A DNA stretch of 64,000 nucleotides from Candidatus Parvarchaeota archaeon (lineage in GTDB: Archaea > Nanobdellota > Nanobdellia > JAAOXT01), in the NCBI GenBank assembly GCA_017609605.1, contig JAFCDO010000001.1:9281-73280 (forward strand), given 5' to 3'. The notes under the pieces were generated by a model. It had not been told where the DNA came from. It saw only the letters and a program-made list of their open reading frames with translations, and ran no database searches. Shown here piece after piece: positions 49,640 through 58,631 of this stretch. Each line of letters starts with the position of its first letter. The first letter of the stretch is position 1. A program made the position numbers and the translations under genes.

Positions 49640-50620
49640 ATGAATAAGTTTTATAAAATGATAGGCTCTCGCCTGCCTAAAAGGTATTTAGAGTCCATTA
49701 GGAAAGACATGGTTTACGCGGGCATAGAGATTGATTACACTATTTGGGCCGCTTTCTTTTTCGTGTACGCTGTTGGCGTTGGCGGGGCGGGGCTCGTCGT
49801 CCCCCTATTGTTGCAACTTCCTTTGTGGGTGGCGTTGAGTGTTGGCATTGGACTGTTCACTTTGTTCATCGTTGTTTCGAAAATGCTTTTGGTGCTCGCG
49901 ATTGATAAGCGGGCTTCGTTTGTCGAAAAAGTATTACCTGATTTATTGATGTTGATAGCTTCTAACATTCGTTCTGGCATGAGCGTGGATAAGGCTTTGT
50001 TGTTGTCTGCTAGGCGTGAGTTCGGTCCTTTGGAGCAAGAGATTAAGAGGGTGTCTAAAGAAGCGTTTGCGGGCAAAAATTTTGGTGAAGCTCTTAAGAG
50101 TATTACGAAGCACATTCGATCCGTGACTCTTGAGAGAACTATTGAATTGATTAATGAGGGCATTCATTCTGGCGGCGAGATTGCCACGCTTTTAGAGTCA
50201 ACGGCAGAGGATATTCAGGAAGCGAGCATTATCAAGAAGGAGATCAATGCTAGCGTGATGATGTACGTTATTTTTATCATGGCTTCGGCTGGCGTGGGAG
50301 CTCCCTTACTTTACGCTGTTTCTATTGGTTTGGTTCAGGCTATCACCAAGTTCGGGGCGGTTCAGGTGCCTGACGATTATTTTAGTCAAATGCCTCTCAT
50401 GAAGATGAAAACTGTTAGTTTCGGGGAGGATTTCCTGATAATTTATTCTTTGGTTAGCTTGCTGTGCGTTGCCTTGTTTTCCGGCCCTATCATCGGGTTA
50501 ATCCAGAAGGGCAGTGAGAAAAAGGGTTTCAAGTACATTCCTTTAATGCTAGGGTTATCCATAGGATTTTTCCTGATAGCAAGAATGATGGTTTCACAGA
50601 TTTTCGCAGGATTCATCTAA
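49640..50620 (+). CDS. Second FlaJ/TadB-like membrane protein with one T2SSF domain
   Basis: LPDLLMLIASNIRSGMSVDKALLLSA...GKNFGEALKSITK...GGEIATLLESTAEDIQE. The ATG lies 2 nt after the upstream stop. Confidence 0.75.
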   Translation: MNKFYKMIGSRLPKRYLESIRKDMVYAGIEIDYTIWAAFFFVYAVGVGGAGLVVPLLLQLPLWVALSVGIGLFTLFIVVSKMLLVLAIDKRASFVEKVLPDLLMLIASNIRSGMSVDKALLLSARREFGPLEQEIKRVSKEAFAGKNFGEALKSITKHIRSVTLERTIELINEGIHSGGEIATLLESTAEDIQEASIIKKEINASVMMYVIFIMASAGVGAPLLYAVSIGLVQAITKFGAVQVPDDYFSQMPLMKMKTVSFGEDFLIIYSLVSLLCVALFSGPIIGLIQKGSEKKGFKYIPLMLGLSIGFFLIARMMVSQIFAGFI

Positions 50621-50725
50621 AAAAAAATTTTAACCAATTAGAAAAAATGGCTCACAGAAAGATATCGCCGAACAATCAAAAAAATAACCGAACTAAAAAG
50701 GAAAGCAGTGCATAATAATCCAAAA

Positions 50726-50734
50726 GTTATAAAA
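50726..50734 (+). promoter_or_regulatory. TATA-box-like element
   Basis: GTTATAAAA lies about 31 nt upstream of ATG 50761. Confidence 0.4.
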
Positions 50735-50760
50735 CCCTCAAAAACCCTGTTTTAATCCTT

Positions 50761-51441
50761 ATGAAAAGAACTCCTACAGGACTAAAAAAACTTGACGACA
50801 ACATTGAAGGAGGTTTTCCTAACGGCTTCAACATACTATTAGTAGGAAAGCCTGGAACAGGCAAAAGCGTCATGCTACACCATCTGGTAAACAACTACCT
50901 GAAAAACGATTTCCACGCTATCTTCGTGACAACTGACAGAAACAAAGAACAATTAATCGAAGAAGTCCCGGAATTCGAAAAATTCATTGAAAACAAAAAA
51001 CTCATAATAATTGACGGGTACTCTTGGAAAGCGTCAAAAGACGAAGGAGAATTCGCGCTGGACAACCTCAACAACCTGATAAAACTCTCAACAACCATAA
51101 AACAAATCCGCAAAACAATAGACTCCGACAAAGTCGTGGAAGTCTTTGACATAATGAGCGAATTCTTCCTATGGAACAACGAAAGAAGCATCATAAAATT
51201 CGTTGACTTCGCGTGCGCACGCGCAAGAATGTCCAAAACCCTAGCAATCTTTGTCATCGAAAAAGGAATGCAGCCCGAAAACGCCATAGAATCCTTAAAA
51301 GCGATAACCCAAGCCACCATTCACATGGGCAAAGAAGAAGGCAAAAGATGGATTTCAATCGAAAAAGTTGAAGCGACTGACGTGCAACAAGACCACTTCT
51401 ACTTCAAAATAAGCAAAGACGGAGAAATAATTATTCAATGA
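50761..51441 (+). CDS. Single-domain KaiC/RecA-superfamily ATPase (FlaH-like)
   Basis: GLKKLDDNIEGGFPNGFNILLVGKPGTGKSVM; 226 aa. Confidence 0.7.
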   Translation: MKRTPTGLKKLDDNIEGGFPNGFNILLVGKPGTGKSVMLHHLVNNYLKNDFHAIFVTTDRNKEQLIEEVPEFEKFIENKKLIIIDGYSWKASKDEGEFALDNLNNLIKLSTTIKQIRKTIDSDKVVEVFDIMSEFFLWNNERSIIKFVDFACARARMSKTLAIFVIEKGMQPENAIESLKAITQATIHMGKEEGKRWISIEKVEATDVQQDHFYFKISKDGEIIIQ

Positions 51442-51881
51442 ACAATCTTTCGAGTGAGGAGTTAGGAACTGAAGCGGACTGGTTTCGGAATAGAGTTAAA
51501 GGACAGACCTATAAAATCATAGAATTAGATGGGGAAGGTACTTCGAAAGACCTTTTTCTTAATGGTATTTCCGGATTCAGACTTTACTTTATACAAAAAG
51601 TAGGTGAAAACATTGAAACGTTAGAAGAGCTTGGTGAAAATCAGGATGTCTATGTTTTAGAAGCAAAATCTGCCTGCAGGATAGTTAAGGAATTGGAGGA
51701 CTCAAACCCTCGACTTGCCGAAGAGTTAAGAACAGGATTTCTTGATGGAGTCCCTGAACTGGAGATAAACATGAAACTCAACCAAGAAATTTTCAGGAAT
51801 TTTTTGGAAGAAACTTGTCTTTATTTAACGACTTGCTGGAATCTTGGAGAAATGATTTTAGAACGGGTAAAGAAAAACTAG
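51438..51881 (+). CDS. Hypothetical protein coupled to the KaiC-like gene
   Basis: ATGA overlap; 147 aa; acidic. Confidence 0.45.
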   Translation: MNNLSSEELGTEADWFRNRVKGQTYKIIELDGEGTSKDLFLNGISGFRLYFIQKVGENIETLEELGENQDVYVLEAKSACRIVKELEDSNPRLAEELRTGFLDGVPELEINMKLNQEIFRNFLEETCLYLTTCWNLGEMILERVKKN

Positions 51882-51886
51882 GTCAC

Positions 51887-52483
51887 CTAATCTTCTATTA
51901 AAGGAACGAAAACAAAAGAGCCAAGGTCCTGAACCTCTAACAAACCTTTTTTCTTCCTTATCTTCAGCATTCTCTGATGATGCCTGCCCACAGGAATCAC
52001 CATCACTCCTCCCTCAGCTAACTGTTCTTTCAAGGCTTCAGGAACCTTTTCCGCACCGCAAGCCACGATTATCCTATCAAAAGGCGCTTCGCTCGGCAAG
52101 CCTTTTGAACCGTCAGAAAGAATCACTTGAACGTTACCGTACGCCTCCAAATTCTTTTTAGCCAGTTCTGCCAAACCATTAACTCTTTCAATCGTGTAAA
52201 CCTTTCCAGGCTCAACTATAACGGATAGTATCGCTGCCTGCCAGCCAGAACCCGCGCCAACCTCCAAAACCTTATCACTCTTTCTGGGTTCAAGGGATTG
52301 CGTCATTATCGCCACAGTCGACGGCTGGCTTATCGTCTGCTCCCCGCCAATCTGCAAAGGATGATCCTCGTACGCTTCGCTCACCAAGTGTTTAGGAACA
52401 AAATCTTTTCTATCAACTTTCTCAAACGCTTCAACAATCTTACTGTCCTTCAGAATTCCTAAACTCTTCCATCTCATAATCAA
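51887..52483 (-). CDS. pcm: Protein-L-isoaspartate O-methyltransferase
   Basis: QTISQPSTVAIMTQSL and VLEVGAGSGWQAAIL. Confidence 0.85.
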   Translation of the reverse strand: MIMRWKSLGILKDSKIVEAFEKVDRKDFVPKHLVSEAYEDHPLQIGGEQTISQPSTVAIMTQSLEPRKSDKVLEVGAGSGWQAAILSVIVEPGKVYTIERVNGLAELAKKNLEAYGNVQVILSDGSKGLPSEAPFDRIIVACGAEKVPEALKEQLAEGGVMVIPVGRHHQRMLKIRKKKGLLEVQDLGSFVFVPLIED

Positions 52484-52488
52484 AGATT

Positions 52489-53757
52489 TCAGAATCGGCC
52501 ACTCCTAACCATTTTTCTTTCCCGCTTATCCCTTTTTTTTCTGTGCCTTTTGAAATCTGGTTTGAACTCTCTTTTCTCCTTGCCCCCCCTTCCCCTTCTA
52601 GCCAAAACCTTTCCGCTGGACTTCGCAAGCTTAGAGAACCTTTTATCCATCCGAACCCTCAGCTCTCTTATCTTAACTCCCAAATCATTGTGAATTTTTC
52701 TGAAAGGAAAGTAGTCCTCGCGAGTCAGAATAGTTATTGCTTCTCCCTTAGCGCCAGCCCGACCAGTCCTGCCAACCCTATGAACATAATCCTCCTTAGT
52801 GTCGGGAGGATCGTAATTAACCACGTGAGAAACTTCAGGAATGTCCAAGCCTCGAGCAGCCACGTCCGTAGCTATCAAAAACTTTATTTTCCCCTCTTTA
52901 AAACGGGTCATCACCCTATTCCTCATGGCCTGAGACAAGTCGCCGTGTATTGGCTGAGCGTTGAAGTCAAGGCTTTTCATCTGCCTGGATAAGTGATCCG
53001 CCCACCTCTTAGTTCTCGAAAAAATTATTGCTTGCTTTATGCTCCTCTGATTCAACAAATTGCACAGAACGTCAAACTTCTCTCTGCGAGAATAAGCGTC
53101 AACGTAAAACTGTTCAGTGTTCTCCACTGTTAACACGTCTCCGCTGACCTGAATCCTCTTAGGGTCATGCATGTGCTTTCTTGACAACCGAATTATTCCT
53201 TCAGAAAGGGTTGCTGAAAACAGCATGACCTGCTTTTTTTCAGGAGTTCTGCGCATTATCCTTTCAACATCATCAATAAAACCCATGTCCAACATCCTAT
53301 CAGCCTCGTCAAGAACCAACACTTTCAGTTTCCCGATGCGCAAAGTCTTCCTCTCTAAATGATCCAGAATTCTTCCAGGAGTTCCAACCACGATTTGAAC
53401 ACCCTTATCAAGCAAGCTTATCTGCCTGTTTATGCTAACCCCTCCGTAAACGCATAGAGACTTTAAACCCGTGTTCAAAGTTATTTTTTTAAACTCTTTG
53501 TTAACCTGTTGTGCCAACTCCCTTGTTGGAGTGAGGACTAACGCTTGAACTTCCAAACTTTTCTCGTCCAATTTGTTCACGATAGGTATCGCGAACGCAA
53601 GGGTTTTGCCGGTTCCTGTTTTAGCCTGCCCCAAAATGTCCCTGCCTTTCAAGGCTAAAGGTATTGCTTGCTCTTGTATAGGGAATAATTCTTTAAAGCC
53701 AAAAACTCCAAGATTCCTTTTTAACTGTTCTTTTAATTCAAACTTTCTTAAAACCAT
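52489..53757 (-). CDS. DEAD-box RNA helicase with a basic C-terminal tail
   Basis: Q-motif F..PIQEQ, AKTGTGKT, PTRELA, DEAD, SAT and HRVGRTGRAG. Confidence 0.9.
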   Translation of the reverse strand: MVLRKFELKEQLKRNLGVFGFKELFPIQEQAIPLALKGRDILGQAKTGTGKTLAFAIPIVNKLDEKSLEVQALVLTPTRELAQQVNKEFKKITLNTGLKSLCVYGGVSINRQISLLDKGVQIVVGTPGRILDHLERKTLRIGKLKVLVLDEADRMLDMGFIDDVERIMRRTPEKKQVMLFSATLSEGIIRLSRKHMHDPKRIQVSGDVLTVENTEQFYVDAYSRREKFDVLCNLLNQRSIKQAIIFSRTKRWADHLSRQMKSLDFNAQPIHGDLSQAMRNRVMTRFKEGKIKFLIATDVAARGLDIPEVSHVVNYDPPDTKEDYVHRVGRTGRAGAKGEAITILTREDYFPFRKIHNDLGVKIRELRVRMDKRFSKLAKSSGKVLARRGRGGKEKREFKPDFKRHRKKRDKRERKMVRSGRF

Positions 53758-53773
53758 TTTACTTATTTTTTTG

Positions 53774-54409
53774 TCAGAACCAACGGGGTAATCGCGCGTG
53801 CTCGTGAGCTTCTAATTTATTAAGCAAGAGTTTACTGATTTCTTCTCTTTTTAAACCTTTTTTTTCAAAAAACGCTATGTCCTCGGATAATTGCTTGTTA
53901 AAAAGCCTTGTCCACTCAGAGAAATGATTTTTTTTCGCGTGATGCTCCAGCGTTTTTTTCTTCTGCAAGCTCAACTCTTTTTTAAAATCTTTTAGCGTGC
54001 TCACTTTTTTTCTAGAGTGCTTAAACCTGAAAGAATTGCGTTTTTTAAGCTCTTCTATAAGCGAGGGCAGTGCACGGCAAGTTATTCCAATACCATTGAT
54101 TTCAGCGTTTAAAAAGTGGTTGTTAAAATCGATGGGGATTCCCGTTTTTATGAGCTGCCTGAAACTGGACGGGCTAAGAGTTATGTTGTCTGAATAATAA
54201 TCCATTTCACTTAATTCTTCAACCTCTCGGTCTTTTAGGGTTTGGACTGCTAAAAAAAAGTTGAGATACTTTTCTTTCTTTTCTTCAAGTTCAACTAATA
54301 GTTCATCAACCTTTTTTGAATGAACCCTAACACTTTTTTTTAGAACAAATTCTCTCAGTATATCGCACCTTAGTTTTTCTCTTTCCGAGAGATTTTTAAA
54401 CCAGTTCAT
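53774..54409 (-). CDS. Hypothetical basic protein
   Basis: 211-aa ORF between the minD-like and helicase genes on the same strand. Confidence 0.45.
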   Translation of the reverse strand: MNWFKNLSEREKLRCDILREFVLKKSVRVHSKKVDELLVELEEKKEKYLNFFLAVQTLKDREVEELSEMDYYSDNITLSPSSFRQLIKTGIPIDFNNHFLNAEINGIGITCRALPSLIEELKKRNSFRFKHSRKKVSTLKDFKKELSLQKKKTLEHHAKKNHFSEWTRLFNKQLSEDIAFFEKKGLKREEISKLLLNKLEAHEHARLPRWF

Positions 54410-54420
54410 TTATCATTTTT

Positions 54421-55173
54421 TTAATTTACGCCAAGCAGGTTGAAAAATTTTTCAACCAGTGGAACCTTATACTCTTGGCCAAGTATTGACGCGGATATCT
54501 TTCTAATTTCTTGGGAAATCTTTGAGCGTGGAATATTGTGAACCACGGGCATATGATATCTTATACTGTCGTTAACTCTTTGGTCCATTGGCAGTTCGCC
54601 AAGAAGGTTTAGTCTCGTGAAATAAGATATCTCGTCAAGTGTTAAACCATTTTTCATGTTCTTGTTAACAATCACTCCAAGTATGCGAACCCTATATTTC
54701 TCCGCCAGCTTGGATATTTTTATGGCTTCCACCAGTGATGGCATGGTTGAATCAGTTACTATAATTCCTTCATCAACAGTGTGCATGGCCCACAAAGTCT
54801 CGTTCCCCACCGTAGGGGCCGTGTCCAAGAAAACGAAATCATAATCTTTTTTCAAGTTTTTAACGATTTCTGGAAGCTTGGACTGCTCGGTAAGACTTTC
54901 TTTTAACTGTATTGAAGCTGGAAGAACAGTCATTCCTGAAGGGTGCCTGACCAAAACCTCATCCAAATCAGACTCTCCTCTTAACATCATGTTAATGTTA
55001 GTCGGGTTTAAGTGCAATCCGAGCTGGATTCCCAATGAAGCGCACGAAAGATTTGTGTCAACCAAACAAACTTTTTTTCCGAAATCGTAAGACATGCTTG
55101 CAGCAAGGTTTATTGCAAGAGTTGTTTTTCCAACGCCTCCTTTACTCGAAAATATTCCTATAACCCTTGCCAT
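54421..55173 (-). CDS. minD: MinD/ParA-family P-loop ATPase
   Basis: Deviant Walker A SSKGGVGKTT and DTAPT. Confidence 0.85.
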   Translation of the reverse strand: MARVIGIFSSKGGVGKTTLAINLAASMSYDFGKKVCLVDTNLSCASLGIQLGLHLNPTNINMMLRGESDLDEVLVRHPSGMTVLPASIQLKESLTEQSKLPEIVKNLKKDYDFVFLDTAPTVGNETLWAMHTVDEGIIVTDSTMPSLVEAIKISKLAEKYRVRILGVIVNKNMKNGLTLDEISYFTRLNLLGELPMDQRVNDSIRYHMPVVHNIPRSKISQEIRKISASILGQEYKVPLVEKFFNLLGVN

Positions 55174-55319
55174 AACATTTAATCAAGTAATTTTTAATAA
55201 AGCCTCATTAATAAAAATTGTGTTTGCCAACCCCTAAAACGTGTTATCATTCTCATATCAACGTCCTATTTTATTTCTGTAGAAAAACTTAAATGGTATG
55301 AGCATCAAGAATTCGCTTT

Positions 55320-55532
55320 ATGGCATACATTATCAAAGTTGACAAGGACGCTTGCATTGGTTGCGGTGCTTGTGAAGCAGTGACCACGGATGAAAAAGGG
55401 AAAAGTCTCTTCGTTATGAAAAACGGGAAAGCAAAACCGTTGAAATCAAAGATAACTGATAAAGAATTAAAAGCCTATAAAGAAGGTGAAGAATCCTGTC
55501 CTGTTGAAGCCATAACCATAAAAAAAGCTTAG
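55320..55532 (+). CDS. Small single-cluster [4Fe-4S]/[3Fe-4S] ferredoxin
   Basis: CIGCGACEAV...CPVEAI; 70 aa. Confidence 0.75.
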   Translation: MAYIIKVDKDACIGCGACEAVTTDEKGKSLFVMKNGKAKPLKSKITDKELKAYKEGEESCPVEAITIKKA

Positions 55533-55541
55533 ACCCGCACA

Positions 55542-56384
55542 CTATTCCATTTCCCTGAAAACTTCTTCTTCAGGGTAAACCATTATTCCACCATAACCTA
55601 TTTTGAAAGGATGCACTTTTTCGCTGTGACTCGTGCCCCTCATTTTTAAGATGGCAATCATTCTCTGATAAATATTACCTATTCTAGTATGATACAAAAG
55701 TATTACTCCATCAGCAGCGTACTCCTCCATTTCGAACTGCTTTCCAGCCTCCAAAGAAAAATCCGTGGTTATCAGAGGAGTTATATCCATTTTTTTAAGC
55801 AGGCCTGCCAAATCAACAAAAGCTTTTCTGACCTCTATTTCTGTTTCAAAAAACAGTCTTAACAACGCGCCAGGGTCTATCACTAATCTTTTAGCTTTCA
55901 TCTTCCTAACCACTTCCTTAATGTTGCTGAAGAGCGTGTTCAACTGATACATTGCTGATTTGATTATCAATACTTTTCCTTCTTTGATTAAAGGTTCAAA
56001 ATCAAACCCTAACCCTTTAGCGTTCTTAATCAGTCTTTCAGGCTCCTCCTCAAGCGATATGAAAACGCCTGGCTCTCCTTGATTCTTAGCGCCTTCATAA
56101 AGAAACTGCAATCCAAAAGAAGTCTTGCCAGAACCGGGTCCGCCAGCAATAACCACCAGATTCCCTTCAGGGATTCCCCCATGAAGCACTTCATCAATCC
56201 CTGGAACACCGCTTTTTACTCTATCAAAACATTTCTTAATCCCAAAATTTTTCTCAAATATTTTTTCAGACGCTTTTTCTCCCAAAAATTTTGCTTTCCT
56301 CATACTCACTTTTTTCTCGCGCTTCTTTTTTTTTTCGCTTATTTGAGAGCGAATCTCTACAAGTTTATCCGAAAAATCAGCCAT
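55542..56384 (-). CDS. KaiC/RecA-superfamily ATPase with a Lys-rich N-terminal extension; divergent from pilus locus 2
   Basis: GVPGIDEVLHGGIPEGNLVVIAGGPGSGKTSFGLQFL, LVIDP, and KMRGTSH near the C-terminus. Confidence 0.75.
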   Translation of the reverse strand: MADFSDKLVEIRSQISEKKKKREKKVSMRKAKFLGEKASEKIFEKNFGIKKCFDRVKSGVPGIDEVLHGGIPEGNLVVIAGGPGSGKTSFGLQFLYEGAKNQGEPGVFISLEEEPERLIKNAKGLGFDFEPLIKEGKVLIIKSAMYQLNTLFSNIKEVVRKMKAKRLVIDPGALLRLFFETEIEVRKAFVDLAGLLKKMDITPLITTDFSLEAGKQFEMEEYAADGVILLYHTRIGNIYQRMIAILKMRGTSHSEKVHPFKIGYGGIMVYPEEEVFREME

Positions 56385-56439
56385 TCTAAGAATTAATGGA
56401 TAAAGTTTTTTATCAAACTTTGCTTTTTTAAGGGGAATA

Positions 56440-56449
56440 ATTAATAAAA
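56440..56449 (+). promoter_or_regulatory. TATA-box-like element for pilus locus 2
   Basis: ATTAATAAAA lies about 27 nt upstream of GTG 56472. Confidence 0.35.
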
Positions 56450-56471
56450 ACGCACCAACATTAACTTTTTC

Positions 56472-58631
56472 GTGATTAAAGGTCAGGTTAGCGTTGAATA
56501 CTTGATTATTGTAGGAATCCTACTCTTGGCTCTTACACCAATCGCTTATTTTGCTCAAGAACAAGCGCAACTAACAACCTCCCTAAAGCAAACCCAAGTC
56601 TCCTTAAAAAAGATTAAGAACGCTGTTAACGTAGTTAACTCTTTAGGCCCGCCATCACAACAAACACTATTAGTTCAGATTTCTGAAATGGTTAACGGCT
56701 CGTCAACAAGTGATAAAACCATAACTTTTTACACCTCCTCGGGTTCTGATTTGTGGGAAGAAGCGGACACTTGCATTGAAGGGGGCCTCCCGGAAAACCC
56801 TGGATACCATTTGATAACCATAAAGGCTTTGGATAACGGGTGTGTTTCCATTGGAGCGGAATCAATATTTATCGAACCATTATCGCTTACGCTTTTGGTT
56901 GACTTGAGTTTCAGCAAAACTCATGATTTCATGGTCACGAACACCCTATCACAACCAGTTAACGCGAACGTCACCGCCACGGGGGGCGTGGCTTCGTTAG
57001 TGGACGCGGATAACGTTACCGCGGGAAGACAAATTTTTTATGATATTGGATCGTTAAACGCGGGTGAAAGCAAAAGCGTTACTGCCGAGTTTTTCGGCGA
57101 TTCTTTAGGAGAGTATTCAGGCGTTCTTGAGTTCATGGGTGAAGACTCTACAGTTAATTCAAGCGTAACGGTCAAAGTGGTTCAAGGAGTTCTGAGTGTT
57201 GAACCCATCTACCAAATTATTGACGCTGACTTAAACGAGTACAACGAAGTTTCAATAATTATTAACAACACTGGTGAAGGAACACTATACTTTGTTAACC
57301 TAACTGTTGAACCAGGATTCGTTGATTACATAGACCTTATGCCCGGAGGGGTTAAGGATTCTTTCAGGGATTTAGGAAATCTTTCGTCAGGCATTCACGA
57401 TTACACGATAAGAATTTTCGGAAACCAAACAGGAATCAAAGATGGAAACATTACTGCGCGCGCCCTTTTCGGCCAAGAAGATAACTCTACTCTAACCATT
57501 AACGTTACAAACCCTATCCTAGTAGATTTGCATCCTGAAGTTGTTTTCGCGGACTGGTCGTCGCCTTACCAAATTACTGTTCTTAACTGGAATGGTACTC
57601 TAAAATTCGAGACAAGTGAAACAAATAACAACATTGACACTTTGGGTTTGGGAGGGAATAACATTCTGGCTGGAACAAATAATAATGGATTGGTTTATGC
57701 TTTAAATGGAGTTGATGGTTCTCAATTATGGAATCATACTTTATCAATTTTGGGTGACAGACTTAAGTCAAATATTGAAATTTATGATGGAAGTGTTTTT
57801 CTTGGAGGTAATTTAAAAAAGGTTTACAAAATCAACGCTAGCACAGGAGTTGAAATTTGGGTTTCAAGTAATTTTGCCCAGAACTCTATTGAAACCCTTG
57901 GAATCGGAGATTTTAACGGAGACTCCTTCATTGACGTGGCTGTCGCGGATATTGGGAACAAGCAAGTCTACGCTTTTGACGGAAGCGACGGATCTGTTTT
58001 GTGGTCTGCTACGCTTTCTTCAGCTGCCCTAATTGAGTCCAAGATTCTTATTGCAGAAGCCACTGGCGACTTTTTTGATGACGTTTTTGTTGGAACAAAC
58101 AAGAAAAAAGTTTACTTGCTCAATGGAAATGATGGAAGCGAGGTTTGGGTTTCTGGCAGTATCGGGGCCAACGTTGACTACATCACTGTTGGTGATTTCA
58201 ACAACGACGGAGTTAATGATGTTGCAGGCATGAATGATTGGGATGAATTCTTGTACGCTTTTTACGGGCAGAACGGTTCCCAAATGTGGAGTTATCAAAC
58301 CAATTGGGAGAACGCTTATGTTCTCGAATCAAAAGATTTGAACCATAATGGTTTTGACGACGTGATTTTCGGAAGAGACAACCAGAACGATTTCACTGTC
58401 CTTCATGGGGTGAACGGGACTCTAATGTATGTTTCTGACAATTGCCCTATAGCCATTAATCATTTGAATTTCGTTGACCTTAATTTAGACGGACTTATTG
58501 ATGTTGTTGGGGGTTTGACTTGGGATAACAGAATCGTGGCTTGGCAAGGAATAAACGGAACTCTGATGTGGACTTATTCTGCTGACGATGACGTTTCTTC
58601 AAACCTTCTAGCTGGACAGGTTGATTCATGA
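56472..58631 (+). CDS. Prepilin-like protein fused to a seven-bladed FG-GAP/PQQ-like beta-propeller
   Basis: N-terminus (M)IKGQVSVEYLIIVGILLLAL. The N-domain is shared with 41486-44323 (TCIEGGLPENPGYHLITIKALDNGCVSI). The C-terminus has seven repeats of the type VYA(L/F)xGxDGSxxW, several preceded by GDFNxDGxxDV loops. Confidence 0.75.
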   Translation: MIKGQVSVEYLIIVGILLLALTPIAYFAQEQAQLTTSLKQTQVSLKKIKNAVNVVNSLGPPSQQTLLVQISEMVNGSSTSDKTITFYTSSGSDLWEEADTCIEGGLPENPGYHLITIKALDNGCVSIGAESIFIEPLSLTLLVDLSFSKTHDFMVTNTLSQPVNANVTATGGVASLVDADNVTAGRQIFYDIGSLNAGESKSVTAEFFGDSLGEYSGVLEFMGEDSTVNSSVTVKVVQGVLSVEPIYQIIDADLNEYNEVSIIINNTGEGTLYFVNLTVEPGFVDYIDLMPGGVKDSFRDLGNLSSGIHDYTIRIFGNQTGIKDGNITARALFGQEDNSTLTINVTNPILVDLHPEVVFADWSSPYQITVLNWNGTLKFETSETNNNIDTLGLGGNNILAGTNNNGLVYALNGVDGSQLWNHTLSILGDRLKSNIEIYDGSVFLGGNLKKVYKINASTGVEIWVSSNFAQNSIETLGIGDFNGDSFIDVAVADIGNKQVYAFDGSDGSVLWSATLSSAALIESKILIAEATGDFFDDVFVGTNKKKVYLLNGNDGSEVWVSGSIGANVDYITVGDFNNDGVNDVAGMNDWDEFLYAFYGQNGSQMWSYQTNWENAYVLESKDLNHNGFDDVIFGRDNQNDFTVLHGVNGTLMYVSDNCPIAINHLNFVDLNLDGLIDVVGGLTWDNRIVAWQGINGTLMWTYSADDDVSSNLLAGQVDS

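Noticed and set aside
50647-50715. A 22-aa basic ORF (MAHRKISPNNQKNNRTKKESSA) in the gap before the KaiC-like gene.
   Set aside because: It is too short and compositionally trivial. It has no supporting motif, coupling or second copy.
41486-51881. Interpreting the loci as archaellum (fla/arl) operons because of the FlaI-like, FlaJ-like and FlaH-like genes.
   Set aside because: The prepilin N-termini are of the QxS/GxE (DUF361-like) and KGF/KGI types, not the archaellin type. The first gene is a giant adhesin. I recognise no FlaF, FlaG, FlaX or FlaCDE homologues. An adhesive pilus fits better.
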